This document shows positions 30,876-46,300 of a stretch of DNA of 64,000 bases, piece by piece. The position numbers were made by a program, and so were the translations under genes. Position 1 is the first letter of the stretch, and every line of letters begins with the position of its first letter. Source of the DNA: the human T2T-CHM13v2.0 reference genome, Homo sapiens; the NCBI RefSeq assembly GCF_009914755.1, contig NC_060932.1; one strand, given 5' to 3'. The notes beneath the pieces are model-generated. The model did no database searches, was not told where the DNA came from, and was given only the letters and a program-made list of their open reading frames with translations.

Positions 30876-31549
30876 AATTCATGTCCCTTCTAATTCACGT
30901 AGAAGGGACACTGTGTTGGAGGGACAACAGAGGTCAGAGAAGTAGGAGGCAGGAGGACTGGGTTTGGAACAGCTAGGAGCTTAGGTAGACACTGGAGGCT
31001 CAGAGGAATGACTGTCTTGTCAGAAAGGCACAGCTGAGATGCAAACAGGATCCAGCTGTTGTCCACCTGCTCACTATTTAAATTACTAGGGTGTGATGGA
31101 GGGTGTAATGATCCCAGCTGGATCAACATCTGCCTCTTTGCCACAGGAAGACAGGGTTCAAGATTAGAGGTCTCACTGATTCCATAAGCTGGGAAAAAAC
31201 TAATTTCAATACAAAACAAAATGGGGTAGTCTCAAGAAAAGAGAGACAACCATGGCCACCACAGAGCATGTCTTAATCATTCTTATCAACTAGTAATGTA
31301 TATTCTCATGGGCATAAACAATTATGCCTCTTGCATATTATGGGAGTCTTGATCACAGCCTCCAGATATTCCCTTTCCTTTTGTCTCATCTGCCAGCCTG
31401 CCCTGCAGCAGGCATTTGTTACCGCAGGCTTGAGTGTTTTAGTTCTCCCCATGCCTTTCAGCACTTGAAGGTAATGGATGCCTTGTTTTAAGGAATGTGT
31501 ATATGTATGGTGGGGTGGGGAATGACTGTGGGTAGGTAACTAAAAGTGT

Positions 31550-31720
31550 CTGTCTATACTTGGGTAATCTCCTGAAGCCTCAATTTCCTGTTCTGCAAAA
31601 TGAAGAAAGCCACAACAATAATCGCACTGGGTTGTGGAAAGAATTAAATAATACCTATGCAGGGCTTAGAAATGATCTTGGCATATTGTGAGGTTTCAGT
31701 AAATGGTGGTTCTCATTATT
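31550..31720. mobile_element. MIR fragment
   Basis: cttgggtaatctcctgaagcctcaatttcctgttctgcaaaatg core. Confidence 0.65.
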
Positions 31721-34700
31721 ACCTTCAACATCATCATCTTTATTATTATTGGAGAAATTAACAGACATCACAATCCTCATCCTGAAAACCTTTGGGATGT
31801 ATTTATTACTATGCAAGAGCTGTAAAAGGGAAGAATTGTAGGACTGAGTGACTCGTTTAAAAATATGAAAGAGTCCCTTGTGATAGGACCTCAGATCTGC
31901 ATTTTAACTTCACAGCTGTAACAGTATTAATTAAATCATTTCCTTCAACATGTAAATAGCTTTTTGATATACATCTGCAGCCAGATTCTCCTGGTGTCCC
32001 TACCACTTCCCCTAGGAGTACTTTAAGCATCTTTGGAAGTCTCCAAGGCTGTTTTTCTTGCCACACTTTAAGATCATCAAGGGCACAATTAATAAGTTAT
32101 TGCTGCTTGTTTGGAAGTTACAAGACTTGAAATAATTTTTTCCTCCTGAGGAATACATTTGGAATTAAATATGAAAACCCATCTTATTTGCTACACTTAA
32201 AGATAAAGAACCCAAGTTTTAATACTTTTATTCCAAAGAAATTAGTCCAATCTGTCTTAATGGCATCTTTTAATTATTTTACATTTAAAATAATTTAAAA
32301 ATTTCTAGGTACATTTTACCTAGAAAATTTAGGTTAATATTTCTCCTAATTGACTTATCTTGAAAGGTTTGGTACTTACATATTAGTAGTCTTAGAGAAT
32401 TTTCAATGTGTCACATTTTCATAGAATTCTGAACCTGTACAACTGTGCATAAGCATAACTTTGACATAAAAATGAATGAAAGACATTCTACAAGGACTTA
32501 TTTTATATTAATCATGAGCTTTGATCAGGGGCCTTCTAAAATCTTATAGGCAGGGGACAGGGGAGGAAAATGGACTAACTCTTACTGGTTTCCTACACAG
32601 CACAGGGGCTTCCCATCAGTTTTTTTCCATTTTAACCCTACCTCAGAGGTAGACATTAGTATCTTTATTTTATAAATGAGGAACCTCATCCAGGAGAGGC
32701 TAACTTGCTCAAGGCACATAGCAGTAAACTGAGATGTCAGGTCTTAATGCTTCCTTCCGAAGGTCACTTCATTTCCCATTATAGCAAGTTGCTTCCTACA
32801 CAGAAGGAAAACCCACCTGCATTTGTTTCTCTATGACATGTTTTAACAGCTATGCTTTTTCTAACTTGTGGGCATTTTGATTCTTGGAGAAATTTAAGCC
32901 ATTTCCTCAGAAGGCAATAATAGCACCTTATTGTCCTCTTTTGACTTAAATTTTTTGACTTAAATTGACACCATCATTCATGAGGGTCCTCTTTTTAAAT
33001 CTTTAGTTGAATAGTTCACCTGAGCAGCCAGGCAGCATCAGTGAAATAGTTCTTCCTCTTCAAGGCTCATTCTTATTACTTACCTTGAATTGTTCCTTTG
33101 CACTTACTGGGAAAATTTTTTGTCTTGATCAAGATTCATTTTCCTTCAAGGTTGGATTCTTCTATCAACTTTAGCTTTTGGGCAGGCAATTTCCAGTAAA
33201 ATATTTTAGACCGTCAATTCAGAGTTCAGTACATGAACAATTGCAGAGGAAACAGAACTCTCAGTTTCCCTCAGCTGCTTACAATCTATCCATTGTCTTT
33301 TATAAACATTCAAATATTTTTGCATCTCATAGAGTTCTTTTTCTGATGGTAGTTTGAAATTAAATCAAGGATATATAGCATCTTTCCTTTTTTATTTAAA
33401 CAAATACAACCTACTGAATCTAGTAAAGTTTTTAAGTCATATTTATATTTTCTTTTTGATATCTTCCTACCTGGACATTTTTCAAAATGAATCCTAAAAT
33501 GTGATGTTTAAAGAGGAATGGAGGTAGGGTACAGAATATCTATATTCAGAAATAGTATATCTGGCAAATTGTACAGAAATAGCATCCTAGAATCACAGCC
33601 AAACTATGCCCACTTCTGGAACTACAAGAATAATATCCTATGCACTATTCTGTATCCTGAAGTAAATGGATCTATCTATATCAATGGACACTTTGGGAAA
33701 GATACATATTCATTTCACTAGAATAACAAAATATTTCAGGTTCTGAACTAACATATTAGTAGGTATGTATCCTGCTGAGCTAAAGGAATATTTTTGTCTA
33801 TAATATTGACTGATGGTGGTGGTAGTGGCTGTGAGTATCTGCCCACTTATTAAGGATCTGTAAAGGGAGAATCATCACAATCTGCTTCCAGGTACTAAAT
33901 CTAAATGAGAACAAAAGCCTGAAAATGTTTATTGTTATGTTTGGTTCCTGCACAATCTTTATCCAAAGAGACGCAATTATATTCTTTTAAAAAATAGCAA
34001 GGAAATGTAAATATAGGTGTGAGTTTCCTATTCCAAAAATTTAAGCTACGTCTTTTCCTTTGGCATGAGTCTAAGTGAACATAACTTCTAAAAATACAGT
34101 CCTCAGTTTCTTTTTTATAGTGAGATAATTTGATTCTTCCTGTAGCTTTTCTACAATAAAGAAAATCACAAGCAAGGTTAAGCTCAGTCTTATATTTTTC
34201 ATAAATTTCATCAAATACAAATACCTCAAAAATCTTTATCCTAAAAAGCCAATTTGAAGCTACATTATAAGCCAACGACATATATAAAACACAATCTAAA
34301 CTACCAAGTAATTGCCACAACCTGGGTAGTATTAAGAGTTTTTAATCAGAAATTTGTATTGTAATCTTATGCCTTTCCATAAGGGTTCAAATCGTTTTTA
34401 CCAAGGAGCAGATGAATATATTATTCTATCAACAGTAGCTGTATTTCTTATTATATGATTAGAATCACTTATTGAACAAAGCCTATGCAAATATAATTGA
34501 AACACTATCCAGAAATATGTTGTCTTTGCTCTTTGTATTTTATCTTTTCTTCTTCTAATGAAAACACACCTGAGATCAATATTTAAAGATAAACATTTTA
34601 CCTTTGTATCTAGTTTATTGACTCAACTCATGGGATAATAATCATGAAATGGTTTTATTTCTTTGAATAAACTGCTTCCCCAATCTTCTGCCCCAAACCC

Positions 34701-37069
34701 TCTTTCTGTTTCATAAAACATTGTATACAGAGTCTATGACAACATTGGTCATAAAAAGCTTGTTTCATGTCTGATTCACATCTATTCTTTCCCCTTACCA
34801 AAGCTGACCTTGTTTTAGGCCTTGACCTCTCCCTGATCCCAACTCTACTCTGGGACAAGAAACAGGAGGTAGTGGGTCTTCTTACATAACCAGTCTTAAG
34901 ATTATGCTGGAGGGTTTGAAGGATCCTGATCTCATAATGATGTTGGTCTGTTCCAGCTACTGCTAGTGGCCTCTGCTGATGAATCTCCAAACATGGCAAA
35001 TTCTTCCACTAACTTCAATAAGTCAATATTTATTTTTAATGAGTCTATAATTATTCTAATACATGAAAATTTGTTAACATTTCAGAACATTACATAACAT
35101 TAAGCCATTCTGAGTAGACTCCAACTGCTGAGCTGAATTTTCACGTAAGCATAATTATCAAGAGAATTTTGGTGCTGTGAAGAAACCACACTTTTATAGC
35201 TTATATTCAAATGCTTTTCTGTGTTTTTGAAGACAATTTAAAACTACTGCTGCAGAATTTTTCATGCAGTCGATTGAAGATAAGATCATTGTAGAAGAAC
35301 AATACGTAGAACCATTATTCTTATAAGTGACATTAAGATTTGGATTTTCTTGTGATGTTGATTTGCTTCGAATGCAAAATCTTAGTGTTGTGACATGTCA
35401 ATTAAGAGTACAGTCTTGATGATGAAGAATTTCTGGTGACATTTGCAACAATTAACAAATTATAAAAGAGACCCTGATAAACACGTTTTGTGACATTTAT
35501 TTAGTTTTTAAAACCAGAATAGCAGTGTGTACTACTGGATAGCCTTATAAAATAAAACTGCACCACATGGTGAGATTATGATTGATGAGTATTAAGCTGA
35601 AGTGCCCTGCAGGAGCAGAGGAGCCTCAGATAACAATTACTCAATGCTACTCCCACGTATGTTACAGAGGCAAAACTTAAGTCATTTAAATTCTTCGGAT
35701 AAAATTTTTCCATGTAGACAGTTGAAGGAAAAAAAACACAGATAATATTAATCATTTCTAAACAGTTATTTTTGCACAGAGAAAGTTTGTCTCTGAGCCC
35801 CATGCTATAATGGCATGAGGAATTATAGGCTGAGGCTTCAGATTGAACTTAATTAGTGTCTTGCACACATATGGCCCTGGAAGCATCTGTGCATCTGATT
35901 TGTGCTTCCTCTGGTTGTGGTTGTCACTGCAACTTTGATATTGTACCAGCTACCTTAGCATAGGAGTCAGGATCCCTGACTCAGGAAGGATAAGTTTGAG
36001 AATGCAAGGTAGAGAGAATTCTGAGAAGATTAAATCAAATATATGAAGAAATATGTGAAAAATGATTGGTCAGATTAGTGTCAAAGCTGAGAGAGGTGGA
36101 AAGAGAGAAAGGTTTTGTTTTATCTGCAGGAAGCCACTAACAGAATGACAGTTTCTGCAGAAACCCTTGTAACAAGATACCCTTTGGTATGAAGTTCCTA
36201 ACAAGCCAGTGTCTGCCGCACAGCAGGGCTGCCTGGAATGTCTGCTGCGGCACAGAACTGCCCAAGGAAGAGAGTCAGGAAACAGGAGAGATTCCATCCT
36301 TCCATGTCCCATCTGAGGACTAATAGAAAATAGTGAGAAAGTTACTAGAGTGAAGATTGTCCAGAAGATGAGGCAGAACTGGCTGGTCCCAGTAGAGGCC
36401 ACTGAATGGAGGCAACAAGGTGACAGAATTAAAAAAGAGGAAGAATCCAAGTGTCTGATAACAAGAATGAGCTAGAATCGCCTTTGCCCTTTGGAAGCCC
36501 TCAGCATTGATTCACTTTTGCCTGCTTTCTGATTCAGGAATAGCAGTAGGACAGGAAAAATACAGTACACAGCTGTGTGTGTAGTAATTGTCGGTGTGCT
36601 TGCATGTTAAAATCAGTATATTGAAACATCCAGCTGTCTATGCTCACTTAAAGGCTAGTTTTTGTCTGAAACTTTCATCCCACTACAGAAACCAGATGGA
36701 ATATCTCACAATCAAATAACAGATGAAGCTGAAAAACAATAAAAGCATGTAACACATAATTCTACTTTATTCTTGTAGGAGCCACTTTAACTCAAGGCTC
36801 TGAGAACTTATTTATGGAACCCAAATATTAGTAACTCGTAATTTTCTAAAAGAATAGAAATTTAAAAGCATACATTTCTAGGATTAGAATTGGATGGGGA
36901 AGGACAAAAGTTAATTGAAATTTAGCAAACTTCAAAGAAAAAGAAAGAATATCCATTTGTTAAATTAATTTACAAATGGGAAGTATAGCTTTCTGTAAAA
37001 ATCATATCATTTTCCAAATTTTCTAAGTGTTCAACTATATTCATCAAATCATTCTTTCATTAAACAAAT

Positions 37070-37610
37070 GATGGCAGAAGTTTCTGGTTATCGTCCATAA
37101 TCTATTCCCGCTTCTTCTGGTCAAGAGTCTAGGAAAATCCTGCTCTCGTCACAGGTGGCAGGGCTAAAAAGCTCTATTTCTTTGTCTCTGTAGGTGTAGG
37201 TATGGTCATCTAAGTAAGTTCTGGCCATTGTGATACATGCAGAAGGATTGTGAGGAACTTCTGGAAGGGCTGCTGTAGAGCTAATGAATTAGAAGCTGAC
37301 CCAAACTTAGTGACTTAAAGAATACAAATATGTTCTTGCATTTCTTCTGTGGGTCAGAAGTCTCATGTAGGTCTTAATGACACCTCAAAATCGAGGTGTA
37401 AGAAGGGGCTGTATTCCTTTTTGGAGGTTCTAATGTGACCTTGAGGATGTCAACCATGCATTAGAATGGTAGAGCTGAAAACAAAATGAGCCTAATAACT
37501 CAACGGAGCTTTCAGACCAGCCCTGAGCTGCCCATGACCGGATTTGTTTTACATTAGAAAATGTGTTCAAGCCATTGTCTGAGGGTCTGAAATATGCAAC
37601 TGAAAACCGT
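37070..37610. mobile_element. Nested or decayed MLT1-type LTR fragments
   Basis: aagttctggccattgtgatac..gaacttctgg; ccaaacttagtgacttaaag..ttctgtgggtcagaagtc. Confidence 0.5.
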
Positions 37611-37718
37611 GCCTATATCATTCTATAGTCTATTTTATCTAGTATTTACTCGGTTCAAAGCACTATACCAGGAACTAGGGCTACATTCAGTTGTTGCCCC
37701 CATAAAGTATTTAGTATA

Positions 37719-38039
37719 CAGTCTGCCCTCTGAATCTACAGGTTCCACATCCATGCATTCAACCAACTGCAGATCAAAACTATTTGGAAGAAAGCAATAA
37801 AAAGTAACAATACAGAAATAAAAAATAATACCAAATTTAAAATGTAGCGTATCTATTTACATAGTATTTACACTATATTAAGTATTACAAGTATTCTAGA
37901 GATTACAAAGTATATGGAGGGTGTGCACAGGTCATGTGCAAATACTATATTATTTTATTTCAGGGATTTGAGCACCCTCAGATTTTGGTGTCTGCAGGGG
38001 GCCTGGAATCAATGCCCCGTGGATACTGAGGAACAATTG
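37719..38039. mobile_element. Tigger3-like Tc1/mariner MITE
   Basis: TA|cagtctgccctctgaatct ... ggatactgaggaacaattg|TA terminal inverted repeats with TA target duplication. Confidence 0.88.
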
Positions 38040-41000
38040 TAATAGAAACAAATTTTCTATTAAATGAGTATTCACAATAAAATGTAGTGAGAATTATGAT
38101 AATGGAAGGAAAACAAACTTTGGTATTTTAAAGCAGGGAACACAGTTTTCCTAAGGAAGAGGGAATTAAGAGCAAAGAACATTATAGCAAATAACATGCT
38201 GATCTTCACAGATATGCTGTAATTGACCTACCTTCAGTGAGAAAAGTGCTTTTCGTTGCCACTCTTAAAAATTCCTTATAATAAATGTGCGTCGATCCAC
38301 CATCTCCATCTTACCCTCTTTTCTCAGATTGTCCTTTGGCAAGCACATATTAAAGAGAGAACCTCCAAGGATTACATGGATCAGGACTAAGGTCACTACC
38401 CTTGAGAGGTGATCCTGTAGGGTCATGCTCTAAACAAGGGAGGTATCGAGTTACAGATTGTAACAATCAGTGGCCTGAAAATATCTGTTCAGGCACAGTT
38501 CGGGAAAAAATGCTAGTCTACTAGTGTTCCTTTTGAGGTTATCTGTAATTTTCCTAAGCATAAATAGACAAATGTGCTCCTCAACTCTAAGACCATTTCA
38601 GTGCACAACTGCACTATTTAGCTTAGAGTCAATACTGATTCAAAAAGTATTTCAAGGAAGGGTAAATACACTTCCTGCAAAATCCCCTTAAGAAAGTATG
38701 CTGCTGGAAAAAAAATGGCATAAAGAAGTCCTTTCAGAACAAGCACTATATCCCCACACTTATTTTAGCCACAGAAATTCAATTTGGTTGAGTTGTCTGG
38801 GGACTTGATTTGACCCTGTTTCCAGAACAATGTGCAATGGCTTGACAGAATCATTTTTAAATGGGCCATCTGATGTTTCAGTTTGTAGATATAATTCATC
38901 ATTTATTTTTGTCCTGTAATTATAGAATTAATGAAGAAAACACTTCCTCTGTGTATTTGAAATATTAAGGGCATCAAGTCATTTTAAGTATTAGTTTGAG
39001 AAGATACTCTGTCCTGCTTCAAGGCAGCATAGGACATCAGAAGCAGTGATTGTGTAGTGAGCTGTGCTCATCATTAACTGAGATACTGAGACAGTGGGTG
39101 TAGTTATTTCCTACATACAATTAATGCTGCATGCCAAGAGCATTATATTAATTTTGGTTCAGTATAAAATGCAGGCAGGCTACTGATCCCTGAAATCAAT
39201 GACTGTCAGAAGAGCCTAGACATTGGGCATTGGGTGATCACATGAATAATTGAAGACTGATTTGTTAACCATGTAGAAATGAAGTTAGCCATACAGGGAG
39301 ACACCTTATCAATTGCCAGCAATTTGCTGTCTTTTTTGAAAACCACAGGCAACAATTTACAGAAAAGATTAGGCCAGTTATTGTACACATGTGACATATT
39401 CTTGATTTAAAATGTCAATCTGGAAAGCTGTAAACTGACACCTGGATTTTGGAATGAGGTTATAAAGTTTATGAAGAACTGATTTTCCCAGAGACCGTCT
39501 ATATTTCTGCTGTGGAAGATCCCTGAATGCACACCCCCTGCTGGGGCCAACTATGTGTGTACAAATGGGCACTGTCATGGAAGGCTGATGCACCTTCTCT
39601 TGGGACCATTCAGCACCTTTGCATCACTCAGTGCTTGAATGCACTTGGTGTTCATGACAGTATGGTGATGAGCTTTTATTTCTTGGAGAAAAAAATGTTG
39701 TCTATATATTTCTTCTTCCTGTGCAATCCTGAGGGTTATAATCACTTTCATCCTGCACCAGGAATTTACATTTCAGTACTTCATAAGAAAATGATTAAAG
39801 GGAAATCCACTTTTTATTAGTGTAATTTCTTTCCACTTCTTTTTCCTATTGGTATTAAGTCAGTAACAATCATTTTTTTTCACATTTGAATTTGTGAAAA
39901 GGTGAAATGAAGGTAGCCTTGGCCCCCAGAGAAATTTGAAACCAATATAGTATCCTGAAGGATGACTGCTATTGAAAGAATATTTATAAAATACTGTGTC
40001 TCATATTTAAACACCATGAAGTATAACCTATGAGTGATCATTTTCTGAATGTTACCAAAAATAGGCTTTTTGTATACGTTGAAATGTATTCTCAATATTT
40101 ACATTAATTTATTAACTTTTCCAAGGATTCCTAGCAAGCATAATCTTGCAAATCTAATTTTGTTATTCCTAATCTGAAATCACATATGCCAATGTAACTA
40201 TTTAAAAAAATTGTGTTAAACTTTTAATATGAGAAACAAATCAAGACTCCTTATGTGTGTCATTGTTAGCAATAAAATAAATCTAAAAACTAAGACATAT
40301 ACTTTCTTTCTTCTTCTTTTCACCCTTTCTATATTTGCCCACCTGGCTGAGTCTATAAGCTCCTTTATAAAGTGATGGCAATTCTTGTATTTTGCTTTAA
40401 TCATTCTTTCCCACACTTTTCTTTTTCCTAAAAGGAGAAAAACATTGATAAATTGGTTTTGGTTTCCTGTGTCACGTATTAAAGGTGAAACCTGAAGATG
40501 CTAAAAATTGATCATAAAAGCCAAAATTTGAACTGTTTAATAATAGAGATTAGTATTAGACCATAGCTCTGGTTTTGCCCAAATGTTTGTGGGGCTTTCT
40601 CAATTAAAGAAATCAATAAAATAAAAATGTACATGAATGGACTAATTTTAAAACTTTATGTTGAAAACTGGCACAGCTCTGAAGTGGCTCAGCAGGCTTC
40701 CCTCGCTTGGCCGTCTATGGCAAACGATACTCTTGCCACTCTTGGCAAACATGCATTATTTTACATGAGAGTTTGGGAAGCATAGATTTGGAATGGAAAT
40801 GGAAATCACATTCAACTTTTCCAAGATACTCTCTTTTATGCAACAAGCAAGCATCTGCAATTATAGCATGTAAACTTTAACTTCCTTAAACTTTCTTATA
40901 GAAGTCACAAATATTTTTATAATTATTACAGAAAGAAAGTTTTAAATTATTTATACAGTCTTGGCTTTGGGGGGATCTAATCAATGAAATCATATAGTTT

Positions 41001-41659
41001 TATTGTCCATTCATTGTCTATAGCATTTTTAATATAAATTAAGATATACTTTCATAGGGGGAAAAATGTCCAATGATTTAGAAATAGCTATGCTATGGAC
41101 AATAAAATCATGGTTTTCTGTGTTTGAGTGTTTGACTAAATGTTAGACTAGAATATAATAATTGTGGCAGCATAACAGAATGTTTTCAACTTAGTAAGCT
41201 TTGACTTTTGTTGCAAACATCAGGAAATTAATCTCTAAGTCTAAACTGTGATAGGTTTACACCTGAGCAGCCTCTTGCTGCTCAGGTCAGGCTATAATGA
41301 TTTCGACTTGATCTATTTCTTTACCTTTAGAAACTCCCTACTTTATTTTTCACTAAATCATCAAAAACCTTGTGCCCTTTGTTACACCAAACATAGAGTT
41401 GTTTTATTATTAGTTTGCATTTATATTGTATTTTCCCTCAAGTAGCTTGAGGTGCTTTACAGAACATGACAGCAGTCATCAAAACACTTTGTCAGGTAAG
41501 TAAAGTGAGAAATAATGCTGTTATAAATGTGCTGAAGGCATTGTACTTGCTGGAAAATGTTTATTTTCTACATATTTTGTTAGATACAATCTTTTCAGTG
41601 ATTTTGTTTAAAATGAGTTCCAACTCATTAACATTTTCTTTTCTTGGCTTTAGAATCAG

Positions 41660-42660
<1,001 letters not shown>

Positions 42661-43354
42661 GGGCATGAGACAGAGGTGTGTCACAGACAGAATCTTTAAT
42701 TCTGTCTCTGACACATGTGCTATTGTCTCAGAAACTCAAAGTTTTCTTACCAGTAAAAATGCAAAAATAATTACATCAGAGAAAACTGATGAACAGCTGA
42801 GAAAACTGAGACCTTGTGCAGAGTATACTTTTGATGCTTTAAAAATGCATCCTGTCTCCCACTTCTCAACTAGCCTTTTTCTTTCTTACTTTCTATTCCC
42901 TATAACGTCACACTGCTTATTTCTCTTTTCCTTGTGTTTCCTACTTTGTTGCATCATATATTGTCCTTGCCCTCCAAATGTCTTATTTCCAGATGCCAAG
43001 ATTCTGTTCATTGTTCTCTTTGAATACAGAAGGGGTTGGTTGAAATGAGCCCTACTACGTTTTTTACTATGTTCTTATGTACATATAGTTTCATAGTAGA
43101 ATCTTAGTTTCATAGTAGAATAGTGATTCTACTGTGCTCTTTTTTGGTTTCCATAAAACTCTTGGCATAATAGTTGATGTACTTCTAATAGATACATCTG
43201 AAATTTCAGTGGGGGAAAAAAGCTAAATATGAAATACTTGCTTCCACTATCAGCCAGACAGTCTTTAGCACTGAGAATTAAAAAGAAAATATTTTTGAAA
43301 TTTAGAGTCAATTCTACCCAGTTATATATGTTCACCTTGAAATTCTTCTAATTT

Positions 43355-46300
43355 CTTTTTTAAAAAAATGTTATGGGTATATAGTAGCTGTATATATTTA
43401 TGGGGCACATTAGATTATTTGATACAGGCATGAAATATGAAATAAGCACAACATGGAAAATGAGGTATCTATCTCCTTAAGCATTTATGCTTTGAGTTAA
43501 AAAAATCCAATTACATTCTTTATTTAACAGTTAAATTATTGACTAGAGTCACCCTATTGTGCTATCAAGTACTAAGGTCTTAGTCATTCTTTTAAACTAT
43601 TGTTTGTACTCATTAACCATCCCCACTTCCCCCCATCAGACTCCCGCTCTGGAAATCATCCTTCTACTTTCTATGTCCATATATTCAATTGTTTTGATTT
43701 TTAGATTCCATACAGTGATAACATGCAATGTTTGTCTTTCTGTGCCTGGCTTATTTCCCTTAACATGATGACCTCCAGTTCTACCCATGTTGTTGCAAAT
43801 AACTGGATCTCATTCTTTTTTATGGCTGAATAGTACTCCATTGTGTATACGTACCACGTTTTAAAATCTGTTCATCTGTTGATGGACACTTAGGTTGCTT
43901 CAAATCTTCCCACTTTTAAACAGTGGGGCAACAAACATAGGAGTGCAGATATCTCTTTGATATACTCATTTTCTTTCTTTTGGGTAAATACCTAAAAGTG
44001 AGACTGCTGGATCATATGGTAGCTCAATTTTTAGTTTTTTGAGGAACCTTTAAATTGTTCTCCATAATGGTTGTACTAATTTACATTCCCACCAACAGCA
44101 TATGAGGTTTCCCTTTTCTTCACATCCTTGCCAGCATTTGTTATTGCGTGTCTTTTGGAAATAAGACATTTTACCTGTGGTGAGATGATATCTCATTTTA
44201 GTTTTGATTTTCATTTCTCTGATGATCAATGATGCTAAACACCTTTTTCATAAGCCTGTTTGCCATTTGTATGTCTTATTTGAGTAATGTCTATTCAAAT
44301 ATTTTGCCTATTTTTTGATCAGATTATTAGATTATTATTATAAATCTGTTTGAATTCCTTATATATTCTGGTGATTAATCCCATCAGATGGATAGTTTGC
44401 AAATGTTTTCTCCAGCTTTTTATACTGGGACCTATCTCTCTCTTTAGCTCTAATAATATTTCCTTTCTATATCTGGGTGCTCTCACATTGGGTGCGTATA
44501 TATTTAAAATTGTTATATCCTCTTACTGAAATGATCCCTTTGTCGTTACATAGATACCCTCTTTGTCACTCCCTATAGTTTTTGTCTTGAAATATATTTT
44601 GTCTGATATAAGTATAATGACTCCTGTTCTTTTTTGGTTTCCATTGGCATGGAATATCTATTTTCAGTCTTTGTGTGTCTTTATAGGTGATGTGTGTTTC
44701 TTGTAGGCAACAGATCAATGGGTCTTGTTTTTTTTTTTAATCCAGTAAGTCAGTCCATGTCTTTTGATTAAAGAGTTTAGCCCATTTACATTCAATGTTA
44801 TTATTGATAAGTAAGGACTTACTCTTGCCAATTTGTTATTTGCTTTTTGGTTGTTTTGCGGTCTCTTCTTCCTTCTTTCTTTTCTTCTTGTCTTCCTCTA
44901 GTGAAGGTAATTTTCTCTGGTGACATGATTTAATTATTTTCGTTTTAGTTTTTGTGTATCCATTGTATGTTTTTTGGTTTGAGGTTGCCATGAGGCTTGC
45001 AAATATTGTCTTATAATCCATTATTTTCACGTGATAACAACTTAATACTATTTGCATAAACAAGCAAGCAAAAAGAAAGCTAATAAAAGTTCTATACCTT
45101 ACCTTCCTATCCTTGCTTTTTAACTTTTTATTATTTCTATTTATATTTTATTGTAATTGCTATGTCTTGAAAAGTTGTTGTGGTTATTATTTTTGATTGG
45201 TTCACTATTTTGTCTTTCTACTTAGAATAAGAGTAGTTTACACACCACAGTTACAGTGTTATAGTATTCTGTGTTTTTCTGTGTACTTATTATTACCAGT
45301 GAGTTTTGTTCCTTCAGGTGATTATTTATTGCTCATTAATGTTCTTTTCTTTCTGATTGAAGTACTTTCTTTAGCCTTTCTTGTAGGACAGGCCTGGTAT
45401 TTATGAAATCACTCAGTTTTTGTTTGTCTGAGAAAATATTTATTTTTCCTTCATGTTTGAAGGATGTTTGCACTGGATATACTATTCTAGGACAAAAGTT
45501 ATTTTCCTTCAGGGCTTTAAATATGTCCTGCCACTCTCTACTAGCCTGTAAGGTTTTCACTGAAAAGTCTGCTGCCAGACGTATTGGAGCTCCTTTGTAT
45601 GTTATTCTTTTCTTTTCTCTTGCTGCTTTTATAATCCTTTCTTTATCCTTGATCTTTGGGAGTTTGATTATTAATTGCCTTAAAGTAGTCTTCTCTGGAT
45701 AAATCTGCTTGGTATTCTGTAACCTTGTACTTGGATATTGGTATCTTTCTCTATGTTTGGGACTTTCTCTGTTATTATCCTTTTGAGTAAACTTTCTACT
45801 CATGTCTCTTTCTCTACTTGCTCTTTAAGGCCAGTGACTTAGATTTTCCCTTTTGAGGCCATTTTCTAGATTGTTTAGGCATGTTTTATTGTTTTTTATT
45901 CCTTTTTCTCTTCTGATTGTATATGTTCAATTAGGCTGTCTTCAAGCTCACTAATTATTACTTCTGCTTGATCAATTCTAATATTAAAGGAATCTGATGC
46001 ATTCTTTGATATACCAATTGCATTTTTCATCTCCAGAATTTCTGCTTTATTCTTTTTAATTATTTCAATCACTTTGTTAAATTTATTGATAGAATTCTGA
46101 ATTCTTTTTATGCATTATCTTGAATTTCTTTGAGTTTCCTCAACACAGATATTTTAAATTCTCTGTCTGAAAGGTCATACATCTCTATTTCTTCAGGATT
46201 GGTCCCTGGTGCATTATTTAGTTCATTTGGTGAGGTTATATTTTTCTGGATGGTGTTGATGCTAGTAGATGTTCTTCAGTATCTGGCCATTGAGGAGTTA

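Noticed and set aside
32302-32326. 10-bp-arm hairpin tttctaggta/tacctagaaa (similar 8-9 bp stems near 35965 and 51291)
   Set aside because: Short stems in AT-rich DNA are expected by chance.
33901-36450. 114-139 aa minus-strand ORFs in non-repeat DNA
   Set aside because: Non-ATG starts, no recognisable domain and no convincing splice structure.
45336-45803. L1 ORF1 as an active protein
   Set aside because: Partial and frameshifted, and ORF2 is deleted.
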